Source of the DNA: Gracilinanus agilis
Lineage: Eukaryota
Reading direction: 5' to 3'
Assembly: GCF_016433145.1 (NCBI RefSeq)
Contig: NC_058132.1
Span: forward strand, 618,852,148-618,916,147
DNA: 64,000 bases
The notes under the pieces are model-generated. The model was not told the origin of the DNA, ran no database searches, and saw only the letters and a list, made by a program, of their open reading frames with translations. Of this stretch, positions 25,495 through 38,663 are shown one piece after another; position 1 is the stretch's first letter, and each line of letters begins with the position of its first letter. The position numbers were made by a program, and so were the translations under genes.

Positions 25495-25501
25495 ACCCTG
25501 T
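25495..25501 (-). promoter_or_regulatory. miR-10 family 7mer-m8 seed match (ACAGGGT) in the distal 3'UTR
   Basis: Plus-strand accctgt. A single 7mer could be chance. Confidence 0.3.
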
Positions 25502-27539
25502 CTGAATACAATCAAGGTTGGTTGATGGTGGGTGTAGGTTCAGCAGTTTACCTCTTTTAGGGGTGGTTTCTTTTTTTTTTATTATTATTTGTTTTGGTTT
25601 TTCCTGATACATGATGCTATCGTTGATGTGCTGGCCATAATTTTTTTGTAACCATCAGGCACGGCAGTCGCTTAACTGAACCCACAGAATGGCAGTACAA
25701 TGGCTGGAGTTTGGTATACATTTCCCGTCCAAGAACGAGTAGCATTTGTTGACACTCAATCTTCACATTCTAGACCTTGGATTCTAGATGCTGGTGCCAT
25801 CATGAGGGCCATAGGAGTTTATGGTAGATTATTTCCCTTTACAAAAGTAACTTTCCATGAAAATTTGGAACTTGGAAGTGCTCGAAGCTACTTGGCATGG
25901 ACCCAAGAGTGCACCCTCAAGCACCACTGGCATGTGGTTTTCTGTGATGTTGGGAGACAAGCTTTTAATTACAGGACACAACCTTCTTGCACTTGACAAT
26001 AATGTCAGAGTGCAACTCTGACCATATATAAGAATTGCATATATTTGTTCACATTTAACAAGTTCATTGATGCAGGAAAACAAGCCTTGTTTTTTCTTTT
26101 CAGGTTCCCAGGTACAGATTTCATCCCCTTCCCTCTTTTAATAAGTGTGATTCTGAAAATGACTCGAATCAGAATTAGCAACATTGATGGCTGCTCCATC
26201 ACCTAAACGGTTTTTTTTTCTCATCAATTGTTCCCGTAACTAAGGTGAAAGTGCCTCCATCCTAGGCTGCAGGATTATTGATTAAGGTTAGCGTGGCAGC
26301 TACAAAATACACTTAGAGATACAGGAAACAACACTTCTGTGTTTTCTTGCTAGTAGAAACGACATAGTCTACAGACCCACTATCTCATGTAGCTTGTCGG
26401 CTTGGACATGGTGGAAAGCCAGAACCCTAGGAAGAGCTTTCCAAAACATCCACGGGCAGTTCTAAGCATGAGATAATACATAGACATACATGCCTGCACT
26501 CACACTCACTCACACATGCACACGTACATTCACCCCTATGTACACACATCAAAAGAGATAGTCAGCTCATTATTTAGTCTAGAAAAAAAATATATTTATA
26601 TCACTGCAATGGCACATCTCGTGTAAAATGTAACTTCAGCAATGCATATACTAGGCAGCTCCCACGAACTGGCTTTGTTCAGCATGGTGGCACCTGACTT
26701 GGCGTCCATGGTAAGACCTGTAGCGTTGGGTCACTTGCCATCATCCAGATGCAGCAGTGACATACAGGAGAGAGCTATGGAAATATGTATAAATAAAATC
26801 ATAACAAGGAGAAAAACAGGGACTCTGCAGGGCTAGCGCTTCGATACAGTACATTCCTCAAAGTGACAACTGGAGAGAATAGATGCTGAGCCTAGGAGGT
26901 TTGGTGTTGGTGTTGGTAGTGGTGATGGCGTCTTCTTCCAGTGGAAAAAGGAAATCGGAAAGTCACATGCTTTTGCTTTTAGGGACCAATGCTCTTTTTG
27001 TCCAGTTTCTCTGCCCCATTCCAGACTGGTGTGGTGGAAGCAGGAGGCCCGTGGAATTTGGAAGGATTCAAGTTCATGTTTGGCTTCTTGAATTTCTTTT
27101 CCCCATGGTCAATATGATCAACGGGAAGGGCTGTGAGGCCAAAAAAAAAAAAAAAAAAGAATTCACTTTCCCTACAAACAGAAGAAGATATGAACATATT
27201 AGATAATCTTTTTGGACAAAGGTTAGAGGCAGACACATAATAAACTTCGAGCTCCCTCTGCAAAAATATCTGGATAGAAATTATGACTCAGTGAGTTAGA
27301 CAGAAACTTCTAAAATGAGATAAGATGTCTTCAATCTTAGCTCAATAATACACTTTTGTTGAACCTTTCTTCCTTGGCTCTCCATTTTGAAAAAAAAGGA
27401 ATAAAATACTTAACTTAACCCATAATCCAACTACATTATTTCTAGGGTCTTTTCCAATTTTAAGATCCTACATTCCATAATTCTTCATGGAGAAGTATTA
27501 ACCATCTAATGGCAGAACATGAAAAAAATCATATTAGAT

Positions 27540-27880
27540 TTTCCCATTGTAAACTTCATGATGTCAAGGACTGTATCTTCTTTAAACTTTATCTATTAAG
27601 TACACAGCAAATGTTTATAAATGGTAGGCGCTCAGTAAAATTTTATTGTACCAATGAATAAACCAATGCTTTCTATTATAGTATAAATTCCAAAGTGTCA
27701 CATTTAGTTGACACAACCCATCTCAAGTGAGAAGAATTTGTTTTGTATATATTGATTCTCCAATAGATTGAAAATTCCTTGAGGAAAATGACTAAGTTTT
27801 TACTTTGGATCCCCTGTATCTAGAACCCATACCTAGTATGTTCTAGATGCTAAAGAAATGTTTGCTGGTTGACTGGTAAG
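27540..27880 (+). mobile_element. Two L2 3' tails (27540-27665, 27760-27880)
   Basis: ttgtaaacttcatg...ggactgtatc and gattgaaaattccttgagg...aatgtttgctgg. Confidence 0.7.
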
Positions 27881-29390
27881 AAAGAAATAAAAAATAATAT
27901 ATTAGATGATAATAAAATGGCATTTCATTTTCAAATGAATTGTGAGGCATATACTGGTAGAGAACTAATATTTACTGGCCAACTGACTGATAGATATGTA
28001 ATTCAATAATCAACCAAAAACAATGATGAGAATATGATCTTCTCTAAAGGATGAAAGGAACCCTGGAACTATGAGTATTGGAGAAGAAACTAAATTGGAT
28101 GCCTAAAATGCTGATCAAAGTCACTAGAAGCTGTGAATATCCTGGGGACACTGAGGACAAGTCCATCACAACTTATGTATCACTTTGGCAAGAACGGTTG
28201 GCATTAAGACAAAGAAACCATTTAGGCTGTTCCAGTTTTATCCCATCTGTAAAAAATCTCCTCTAAATGAAAGAAGCATTTTTAATTTGATTAATTTTCA
28301 TAGCTAGTAACTAAGACTATTGATATTATTATGTTTCTAACTGTAGTGAGACATGTATAGTAGCTTATAATCTCCTATGAAAAATCATAATAGGGTAAAA
28401 GTTTATGCTTGGAATCTATTTTTTTCTTTTGATGTGAAGGAAAGGAAGTGAAATAAATAGTTAAAATCAACTCTTAGGGGCTATTCTTAATTGAGAATTA
28501 TTTGCAGAATATACTGTATTAGGCTAGAATGTTAGAAGATAGAAAATAAAGTTTTCCTTAAGATTGAATTCACCTAAAAATTCTTCCCTCAGTAATTTTA
28601 AATTACAAAGTTAGTGAGGGGTGCAATAACTAATGTCTTCAAGTAGTTATCTATCTAGGCCATTCACTGTAACTAATAAGGCATAATAAAAGAAAAAGAA
28701 ATAGATTGATTTTCAAATGGTTTTCACTATAGAATAAAGGAAGGCTAACCAAAAAAAAAATCTCTGAAATCAAGGGGTACAGAAGTATGATTGGGAGCAT
28801 TTCTATATAGTGTTCATGGGAAAGAAAAGAGGAGATAATAGTGTAAAGTTTTTCTTCCCTTTATAAGTTAATTTTCACTCTAACAAACTCCTTGGACACA
28901 TGCACGATTTGGGGTGCTTGATTTTTGTTCTAAGGATGATAATAGTGAAGACATTACATTTTCTTCAAAGGAAGCTGAGGGAGGTTGCAATAACTCACCT
29001 TCCTCCATCCCAGCCTCTCCCATTTCCCCCCAACTAAGGACATTATTGGGGGTTTCATTTTATTTTAATGGATATTTTGCAAAAAGAAACTAAACTTTGG
29101 CTATTTGCTCTCTGAATGAAAAGATGAAGAAAGTTCAGCTCTTGCCAGGCAACTCCTTTATGGCAAAAATATTTGTGTGGGATTATGTGTGGTAGGCACT
29201 ACATAGTAACAAAGCATTTAGTATAGTTTGCTTTCCAAAATGGGGAAATAGCTAAGTTCTCTAATGCTATTCATTAAAATGGTATTTGTAGTAATAATAG
29301 GGTTTGGAATAAACAGCTCATGATTTTTCTGAATCATCCCAATATGAGTCTTCTGGAGCATCCAAAACTCTATTAATCATTGATCCTCTG

Positions 29391-29583
29391 GGGAACGAGG
29401 TGGCTCAGTAGACTGAGAACCAGACAGGAGGTCCTGGGTTCAAACTTTGCCTCAGACATTTCCTAGCTGTGGGTCCCTGGGATAATCACTTAACCCCCAT
29501 TGCCTAGCCCTTACCACTCTTCTGTCTTAGAACCAATCCTTAGTATTGATTCTAAGACAGAAGGTAAGAGTTTTAAAAAAAAA
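29391..29583 (+). mobile_element. SINE1_Mdo-type SINE
   Basis: Perfect 12-bp TSD attgatcctctg (29379-29390, 29584-29595); tail ...gattctaagacagaaggtaag and A-tract. Confidence 0.9.
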
Positions 29584-29599
29584 ATTGATCCTCTGCTTT

Positions 29600-30610
29600 T
29601 TTCCCCTCACAGTATTCTCTTCATTGGTGATCTCATCACCTCTGATATATTAACTCCTCAATTATGATCTCTTTATATACAACTCCCCAATCTTTCTGTC
29701 TAGCCCTAATCTATCGCATGAACACAAAGCCCATTATTATCAATTGCCTGCAGGACTTCTCCATCCAGATGTCCTCTAGCCATCTCGAATTTGACTACTC
29801 CAAAACCTAACTCATATATTTCCTCCCAAACCTATGATTCCTTCACATTTCTCTATTTTTGCTGAAAGCTCCATCACCCTTCCAATCTCCCTATCTAAAA
29901 CTTTGCAATTAGGCTTGACTCTGCCTTCTCTCTCACTACCTGCCTCCATATCCACATAGCTACTAGTTTTGGTTAATTTTACTTCCATAATAGTCCTGTC
30001 TTTAATTTCCACTCATGCAGTCTCCATTCTCATCACCCCTTAATTTTACCTTGCCTCCTTATGGNNNNNNNNNNNNNNNNNNNNNNNNNNNNNNNNNNNN
30101 NNNNNNNNNNNNNNNNNNNNNNNNNNNNNNNNNNNNNNNNNNNNNNNNNNNNNNNNNNNNNNNNNNNNNNNNNNNNNNNNNNNNNNNNNNNNNNNNNNNN
30201 NNNNNNNNNNNNNNNNNNNNNNNNNGTGCCAACTAGATATTCCTAAAACACACATCTGATTATGCCATTGCCCCACTCAAAGAATATCAATGGCTCTCCA
30301 TTGCCTGTGGGATAAAATAGAGAGTCCTCAGCCCAGCATTTAAGAGCCTCTGCATTCTAGTTCCTGCTGGTCTTTCCGACCTTTTTTTTTTTTTTTTTAA
30401 ATATTCCTGTCCTTTCTGAACTCCCTAGTCAAACTGACCTACGAGCTCATCCGTGCATATGATAGACCAACCACAACCTCATACCTAGAATGTATTTCCT
30501 TCTCCCCTTTGCCTTGTAAAATTTCTAACTACCTTCAAAGCATTGCTGAGGTGTTGCTTCCCACGTTTCCTGATTCCTTCCTCTGATTCTTGTTAGTCCT
30601 CTCCCTCTTG
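29600..30610 (+). mobile_element. L2 ORF2/3' fragment spanning a gap
   Basis: ggtgatctcatc..., ccatccagatgtcc...catctc, aatggctctccattgcc, ccttcaaag. Confidence 0.8.
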
Positions 30611-30786
30611 AAATTAGCTTATTTTCCTCTTTAAAAGTTTTGTGACANNNNNNNNNNNNNNNNNNNNNNNNNNNNNNNNNNNNNNNNNNNNNNNNNNNNN
30701 NNNNNNNNNNNNNNNNNNNNNNNNNNNNNNNNNNNNNNNNNNNNNNNNNNNNNNNNNNNNNNNNNNNNNNNNNNNNNNNNNNNNNN

Positions 30787-31020
30787 AGAGACAGAGATGA
30801 TGATGAGAGAGACAGAGAGACACAGTGAGGATGTGAGAAACACAGAGAAGATGAGAGAGAGAGTGAGAGATGATGATGATGATGATGAAACAGGGGATTT
30901 GAAAGACACAGAGAGGATAAGAGAGAGATAGAGAGAAAGAGACAGAGATGATGAGAGAGACAGACAGATACAGAGAGGATGTGAGAGACAGAGCTAGAGG
31001 ATGAGAGAGAGAGAGGGAGA

Positions 31021-31071
<51 letters not shown>
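30787..31071. repeat. GA-rich simple repeat ending in (GA)n
   Basis: Directly visible, adjacent to a gap. Confidence 0.95.
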
Positions 31072-31074
<3 letters not shown>

Positions 31075-31289
31075 CAAAGAATGCTATCTGGGTTGCAAGT
31101 CGTGGTAGATGATGATCATATGGTTTTGGGGGAAAGATAATATGTTCAATTAAGTTTAAAAATATGCTTGCTTGCACAAAAAGCATGAGTTCCTTTCTGC
31201 ACTTCACTATGTTAATGAACTTAATTTCACCCCTGTCTGGCATGTCTCAATAAAACACTCTGAATCACCAGCGAAAGATAGATGAATGA

Positions 31290-32400
31290 TAGTACAACTG
31301 GCTTGGATTTATATAGCACCTTTCTTCTCAGGGGCTCAGGGCGTTTCACATAAGAGTATTTCATATATCTTTACAACATCCCTGTGAGTGAGCTAAGGTA
31401 TCATTACTAGGGTATCATTATCCTCAATTTTCAGGTGGAGAGGCAGAACTACAAAAAGGCTAAGTGACTTTCCCAGGGTCACACTCAGCTTCAACATAGA
31501 CCTGATTCAAAAATGTACATTTGTCTGATTCTCAGGCTTAGGTTTTCTTTTGCCCCCTCCCTCCCATTGTCAACATTTCTATTTTCTCTGTGTATTTACT
31601 GAAATGCTTATAGCATGTCAATGGAAAAGGAAGGCCAGGATACCTGTCAGTGTCCTTAGCCAGTAGTACATCAGATGATTTGCAAAGTCCTTTTATGTTA
31701 TTTCTCGTGTTAAAGTTGTTAATACTGAGAAGGCAGCAATTGAAACAAATTCATTGTAAAAATGACTTCATCCTTGACCTTCATTTTAATCACCTACAAG
31801 TGCCTGCTTTATAGAAGTCCTTACTGAGCATAAGAAAGTTAACTAATGGCAGTGTTGACAACTAGGAACATTTTGAAGACTATTTTAAAACGATAAGAAG
31901 TTTCTTTGTATCCCCAGGTCTTAGCACAGTACTTGGCACAAAGTAGGCACTAACTAATTGCTCATTTACTTTACTTAGAGATGATGTAACATAATGGATG
32001 GATCTAGAGTCATGAAGAATGAGTTCAAATCTAGATTCAGATATTTACTCCCTGTGTGACCCTGGACAAGTCACTTAATTTCCGCATGTCTTAGTTTCCT
32101 CATCTGTAAAATGTAGATGATAATAGTACCTTCCTTCCAGGATTGTAAGGAAAATCAGATGAGATAATAGTAAAGCAATCTGCACACCTTAAAGTGTTAT
32201 ATAAATGCTATTGTTGTTATTATTATTATTATTATTATTGAAAAAACACCAGTCCTAAATTCAAATATCACCTACTAGCTGTAGGATCCTGGGAAAACCA
32301 CTTAATCTCTTAATCTCTCTGTTTCATCTGTAAAATCAAGATAAAACCCACTTCACAGGTCTTGGTGAGTTTCAGCTGAAATAGTATATAATATAAATGT
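31290..32400. mobile_element. Cluster: MIR (-, 31290-31540), L2 tail (+, 31905-31975), MIR (+, 31980-32220), MIR (+, 32250-32400)
   Basis: CORE motifs and (TTA)n tail. Confidence 0.7.
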
Positions 32401-33334
32401 CAACTATAAGCTTAAGTCAAAACAATTCTTAGTTCTCCAGAAATTTCCCAGATAAATCCTGGTGTTGTTGCTCCCCCCCCCCCTTTAAAAGATAAGACCA
32501 TGTATTTGGAACTTGTTCAAAGAAGGAGAAAATAAAACTCTCTATAGGTTTACTGAAGGGAGTGGGAGGTCAGGTTACTGTAAACAAGTAAAAAACCAAT
32601 CTACATTTGTCATATGTTCCCCATGAATATCTAGGTTTCCGAGCCTTCTGCTGAAGCAGCACTAAAACAGGAATCATTGGAATAGCTTTTTATAAACAAG
32701 TAAATCTCAAATTCCTTCTGAACAGAATGGATTTTATTACCAGTATTGCAAATGAGGCTTGCCCCCAACTGCCATCACTTGACAGCATCAAATTTAACAT
32801 CACATGCACTGAAGAAGTATCTTTCACGTTAAAGCCTAGGGGGAAATGTTGTTAAAATCAACCTGCCATTGTTTAGAGGTGATAGAAATGGCATAGAGTT
32901 AAAGAAGTTAGATTTTCCCAGTCAAAAAAAAAAAAAAAAAAAAAAAAGGAAAAAAGGTCCAGGGTTTTTGCTTTGGGGAATGAATGGAGCTATTTATTTA
33001 AGCCAATGGCCTGAAAAAGAATTTTCTAAACTCTAGCTGAGGTGTGTGGAATGGAACCCTTCAACAGAAGGCCTCAGAGATGAAAAGGGAAGAAGAGGGG
33101 GACTATGTCAGTCTAATCTCCATAATGGAACAAGTCAAGACAAGTGTTTCCAAATCCCATAGTTGGGGACCCTCAGAATTGTTCCCTGTCTGATTCTGTT
33201 TATTGCTGTTCATTTTAGTTAAATGTGACAGGAAAGGAATATTAAACACACACAAAAAAAGAAAAGAGATTTTCAAGTTTTTCTTGAAATATTTGAATAC
33301 TAGAATATTGCATACTTGTCAATACTCAAAGTAT

Positions 33335-33500
33335 TTCTCGTTCAGTCAGTCAATAAAAATATATTAAGTGCTTACTAATGTGCCAGTCAAAAATATTTAT
33401 TAAATACCTACTACATGCTAGTCACTGTGTTAAATGTTAGGAATACAAAGAAAGACAGAAGATAATCATAGTTCCTACTCTTAAGGAGCTCACAGACTAA
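33335..33500 (-). mobile_element. L2 3' end with duplicated terminal segment
   Basis: tttattaaatacctactacatgctag...aaggagctcaca. Confidence 0.75.
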
Positions 33501-34369
33501 TGGGACATTTTTCCAAGACCTCCAAGGCAGATAGAGAGAAAGTGGAAGTTCCTGAGACATCACTCCATCAAATATGGGCTTGTACCAGGATAGAGAGTGG
33601 TGAACTGCCTCAGGGCTCTGTTCCTCCTCTCCTTACTGTGGTATGTTTTGTAGGATCAGAAATATGGGCTTTTCCTCTCCATTTTTCTTCTCAATGCCCT
33701 GCTCTCATGGACTGGCTGACTCTCGTGTCCCCAAGCTATGACACAAGTCTAGATATCACCCCAAGATGTTCCAAGAGTAAGAGGTCATCTTCAAAAATGA
33801 AGGGCAAACAAAAGAAACGAGGACCTTAAAATTGCTCATCGGAACTCTACCTTATTCACATAAAGTATACATTTACTTAAGTCTGGTGGTCTTTCCTGAA
33901 TGAAAATCATTGTATGATGATCATCTCTATAGAGGCTCTGAAAAAGGAATGCATGCAGGGAGAGTACTAGACAGCCGTATGACTCATTCCAAGGGAAGGA
34001 TCTCACTCAACTCCACCATGAGTCTAAGTAGCTCATCTTTATAAAGCCTCATTCATAACTTTCTTGTATAAGGTCCCCATGGCTGACTAGAACCCTGTGC
34101 ATTTATTCAACTTCACTGTCAATAGCTTCTCTTCCTTAGGGTGAACGGTACAGAAAACTCTTAACAGGAGACAATTTGTTGGTATAATGGAGAGAGTGTG
34201 GGGTCTGGAGTCAGGAAGACTCATCTTTTCAACAGACCCATCAGCCACCTTGCTGCCACTTGCATACCTCTTCCCTGCCTCATGCTTCTAGTTCTTAAAC
34301 CATGATCAAATCCATTCTGCCATTGTTCCAAGAGAAGGCATATCCTTCTTCTCTGCCATTCCTACCTCT

Positions 34370-34520
34370 AGCACTATATTCCCTTATTAAAACGTAAGCC
34401 CATCAAGTAAGGTATGTCTTGCTTGCTTGAATGTGCATCCCTGATCCTTAGGACAATCCTTAGGAGATAGTAAGAATCTAATAAATACTTTTTCAATCAT
34501 TCATTCATTCATTCATTCAT
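34370..34520 (+). mobile_element. L2 3' end with (TTCA)n tail
   Basis: aataaatact...tcattcattcattc. Confidence 0.7.
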
Positions 34521-34977
34521 TAGAAAAATAAATAATATTCATTTGAAGAGACATGATAAGATAGGTTTGAAATAATCCTGAGCAAATGAAGTAATACCAG
34601 GAGAATATGCCTACGATGATGCAAATGAAAACACTAAAAGGCAGATAGATTTATTTTTAATTACAAATTAAGTTAGTTCTAGAGTAAGTTCTATAGAACA
34701 GAGGTTTGGACAAATGGGGGACTATGGCTCTGAATTATTGCCTATACTGTCAGACAGATGTTTTCTTGGGTAGACTTTTTGTTGCCATGGGAAATTCAAT
34801 GATGTAGACATTTCCAATAGAAGGAAGCAACTTTTTTAAAAAATGTAAATGGAAGCAAGTAATAAAAAATGGGAAAAATATAAATAATTGAATTGACTTC
34901 TTATAGAAGGCTCGGAAATTTGGGAAGATGTTCTCTATCAGGGCCTAAATAAATCTAAATAAATACTAGATTTTTTA

Positions 34978-35166
34978 CATGAAATGAGAGACTGAACAAG
35001 GGGCATACCATTGGCTTGCTTGAGTCAGAGGCAAGCGACTATAGCTGAAAAAAGGGAATGAGTATCTCTTCTTAGAAAACTATGATTTGGTTGTCCTACA
35101 AGTCACAGATTAAATAGCATGTTTATCAGGCAATATTTCAAGTAAGGAGTCACTTAACAAAAATAT
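34978..35166 (+). repeat. Diverged direct repeat, copy A (copy B at 36850-37025)
   Basis: Five colinear blocks totalling ~131 bp with ~14 mismatches by manual alignment. Confidence 0.9.
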
Positions 35167-35919
35167 TTGGAGGGAGGAAAATGCATTGTTTGTGCTTCCA
35201 CTGACCTTTTCACTTCACGGTTGCGTCTAAAAACGAGGAAGTGTGGAAGTTGCCAATCCAAGATTGTCACAGCCAGCTGTCAGTAAGGTAGTTACAATAA
35301 GTTCATAGCGTTCATAGGATAAGATATTATATGGCACAGCAACAGCCAGAAAAGAAACAGACCTCATTTGTAGAGGTTTAGGTGTGTTATGTTTTTCCCT
35401 GTTTTTCTTTCTTTCCTCCTTTCTTTTCCAGTAATCCACAAGGCAGCTTAAGCCTGGCCCCAGCCAAACACCTATGGTGAGGCACTGAGCAGCCACATGG
35501 TATTTTTCACGGAGATTTTCCCTCAGTATCTATGATGCCCTGTAAGCCAAGATCAAGTCTATAGAGGATATCCTGGGCAAACTCTTCATTCCAGTGAAAG
35601 ATGCAGGAGTGTGATTTATCCCACAAATAAAATACTATGGATGTAATTCCAAAGGGGAGAGGAGAAAGGCTGTGGGTAGAAGCCCAGCATCTGGCAACGA
35701 ACACAACACCAAAAACTTGGAGGTGATGTTATATTTATATAGGTACATGTATATTACACACTGTGGATCGACGGCAATATGTTTTGAGAAACAATTTGTT
35801 CCAGGTCTGGTTTCAATGACGTGTTGTCATTTCTATAGTGGAGGCCCCACAGTTTCAGCAATTCCGTCCACCAAGCGATGATGCAGATTTTTATTTCAGA
35901 GGGCGAGAACGAAGTAAAA

Positions 35920-35945
35920 AAAGTGCAGGTCTTCAATTAAAGTGC
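35920..35945 (-). promoter_or_regulatory. Tandem miR-17/20/93/106 family seed matches (8mer GCACTTTA 35938-35945; 7mer-m8 GCACTTT 35920-35926)
   Basis: Exact seed complements 50-75 nt downstream of the stop codon. Confidence 0.55.
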
Positions 35946-35979
35946 ATGGATGAGGTAAACTAATTGCAAGAGTTTTGAG

Positions 35980-35985
35980 TTTATT
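35980..35985 (-). terminator. Candidate proximal poly(A) signal AATAAA, 10 nt after the stop codon (second AATAAA at 35890-35895)
   Basis: Minus strand TGA GCCAGTACTG AATAAA. Usage is unknown. Confidence 0.4.
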
Positions 35986-35995
35986 CAGTACTGGC

Positions 35996-36196
<201 letters not shown>

Positions 36197-36426
36197 TTAA
36201 TATAGCACAACAAGGCAGGTGTAGAGAAATGTTTAATTAAGCAATTTAATGCAACAATGTAGGTGCTTTGCAAAATTATATTCGATCAAAATGAGAGGCA
36301 TTCCATGTCGTAATGAGCAGGATGAGTAGACAGGCTCCAAGCAAAATAAATAAATTAAATTAAAGTAAATTGAAAAGACTGATTAAATCTAGATTTACCC
36401 TTTTTTGTTACATCGCTGAGTACTTA

Positions 36427-36648
<222 letters not shown>

Positions 36649-36849
36649 TCAAACTCCCTAATTATGAGGACGAGTGGAAAAGGACAAAATCTCTACACAA
36701 TGTGGTCTTTTTTGTTGCTTTTAAGGTGGAGAAGAAGAACGTCTGGACCCATGATTTCAACTTCTGCATTGGAAACTCTTCCAAAATTGATCAGCAAATT
36801 AAGAGTCTGTATATATCACTCTTAATGAAAGGTAATCACTCAGTTTTTG

Positions 36850-37025
36850 CATGAAGTGAAAGACCGAGCAAGGGGCAAATTGTTGGCTTGCTTGAACCAT
36901 AGATAAGCTACTGGAGTTTGACGTGGGAAAGATCTCTTCTTAGAAACCTATCATTTTACTGTCTTACAAGGCACAGATTAAATAACATGGAATATTTCAA
37001 GTAAGAAAACACTTAACAGGAATAT
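36850..37025 (+). repeat. Diverged direct repeat, copy B
   Basis: Same alignment as copy A; B lacks ~8 bp present in A. Confidence 0.9.
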
Positions 37026-38468
37026 AATAAATCTGTCTGTAGCTCACAGTCTTAGAAAGTTGCCCAGAGCACTAAAAACTTAAGTGACTTGCCTCTTGTC
37101 AACAGATAAGCATTTATATAAAAGGTGAGATTTGAATGAATATTTACATGGCTCTCAAGTCACTCTACTATCCACTGGTCCACACTACCTGTCCCAGGTA
37201 GATGTAATAACTATAAAATGTAATGGAAGGAATATTTTTTTCCTTTTACAAAGTCATACAGTCCTATATCACCTGCCATATTTGTCTTTTTATGTCTTCT
37301 TTTAGATTAATTTTCAGGATTGGTTTTTCTATTTTTTACTAGAAAATGGATTTTTCTAGGGCATTCATGTTCACAGTATTTGATATCATAGCATTTATAT
37401 CTTGGCTGGTTGAAATATGAAGAGGCTTCGTTGGCCATATCCCACACAGAATGATCTTAGCCCTCAACAGCATCACATATCACAGACTTGAGTTTGGCAA
37501 CTATAGAAACTCCAGTGAAGTATGAGTTGAGGTTGGGAAGGGGATGATGCACAGGGCGGAAACCCTGAGCCTGAAGCCTGCCAGACTTCAGAGAAGCATA
37601 GAAAACAGCAAGAGCTCAAGTCAAGCATGTTTCCAGCCAGTTCTGCAGGCAAGCTCAGTGCATTCAAACAAACTTGGGACAGCAGGGAGTTAATCCCTCT
37701 TTTAATCAATCCATTCCTGAGCAGCACGTGTGCCAAGACTGGCGGGAATAATGGTCACTTTGATCATTGTTTGGGCTGTGGAATGTGCTTCTCATATTCC
37801 CTGGCTGGGGCTGCAAAATAATGATTTCAACAAATTCAATGCACTTATTATTAGCTTATTTATTAGTTTATGTATATTTCATGCCAGGTGTTTTTCATAA
37901 GGTCACTGTCAAATGCTACCAAGCATTCAGACAGAATTCTTGGCATTCTTTATGGTATTAAGACATACTACCATATTAATAGGCACTATTAGTCAGGATG
38001 GCTATGGTCTTCTTATTCTTCCTTGAACATTTACTTAATAATAGGCTCTAAAATAGTAGTCATCTAGTATACTTTTATTTAAAATTAGATATAAAATCAT
38101 ATTGACTTTTTTCACTAGCACCATAAAGTAGTTCTATGTATATATTTATCATATATGAGTTATGGTCTATATGTTATGATCACAGTATGTTGGATTTAAA
38201 ATGCTGGACATGGACAAAGATTGATCTGCTTTGAACGATGCCCTTAGTCTCAAATTCTAGTAGGGTGGACATAGAACTGGATTTGGAGTCTAAGGACTGG
38301 AGTTCAAATCCTAGTTTTGCCAATTACTGTCTTTGAGACTTTAGGCAAATCCTCTATGATGAAGCCTCTTGTATATAAAATGGAGGGATCTCTGAGGCCC
38401 CTTCCAGGTCTAATTCTACATTTCTATGCTCCCTTTTTCTTTTCTTGATAAAGCAAATCTCTCTATTA

Positions 38469-38663
38469 AAGGGGGTCCTTAATCTAGAGTTTCATCAACT
38501 ATATATTTTTTACTTTTGATAATTATATTTTAGCTTTTTTTATTTCTTTGGCAATCCTACTTAATTTATTTTATGCACTTGAAAATATTATTTCTGGGAG
38601 GGGCTCACAAGCTTTCCCAGATTGCCAAAGGATCCACAATCCAAAAAAGGTTAAGAACCTTTG
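38469..38663. mobile_element. hAT MITE (different family from the 5259/23056 copies)
   Basis: TIRs aagggggtccttaatct and aggttaagaacctttg; flanks ctctatta / gtctatac resemble the hAT NTCTAGAN-type target. Confidence 0.7.

Larger units (their letters stand above)
24540..27171 (-). other. EPHA4: EPHA4 terminal non-coding 3'UTR exon; 3' end approximate
   Basis: Acceptor TTCTTCTGTTTGTAG|G at 27172/27171 with branch-point CTAAT at 27198-27202, then ~2.6 kb of nearly repeat-free UTR-like sequence. No canonical AATAAA found near the distal end; it may lie in gap 24353-24491. Confidence 0.65.
35206..35995 (-). other. EPHA4: EPHA4 3'UTR part of exon 17 (790 nt), ending at a splice donor
   Basis: Repeat-free, CpG-retaining sequence after the stop that ends in GAAAAG|GTCAGT at 35206/35205; non-repeat character ends close by. 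Human EPHA4 is recalled to have a non-coding last exon. Confidence 0.75.

Noticed and set aside
25394-27263. Several 65-107 aa ORFs inside the terminal UTR exon
   Set aside because: No recognisable domain, both strands equally represented, and lengths are at chance level.
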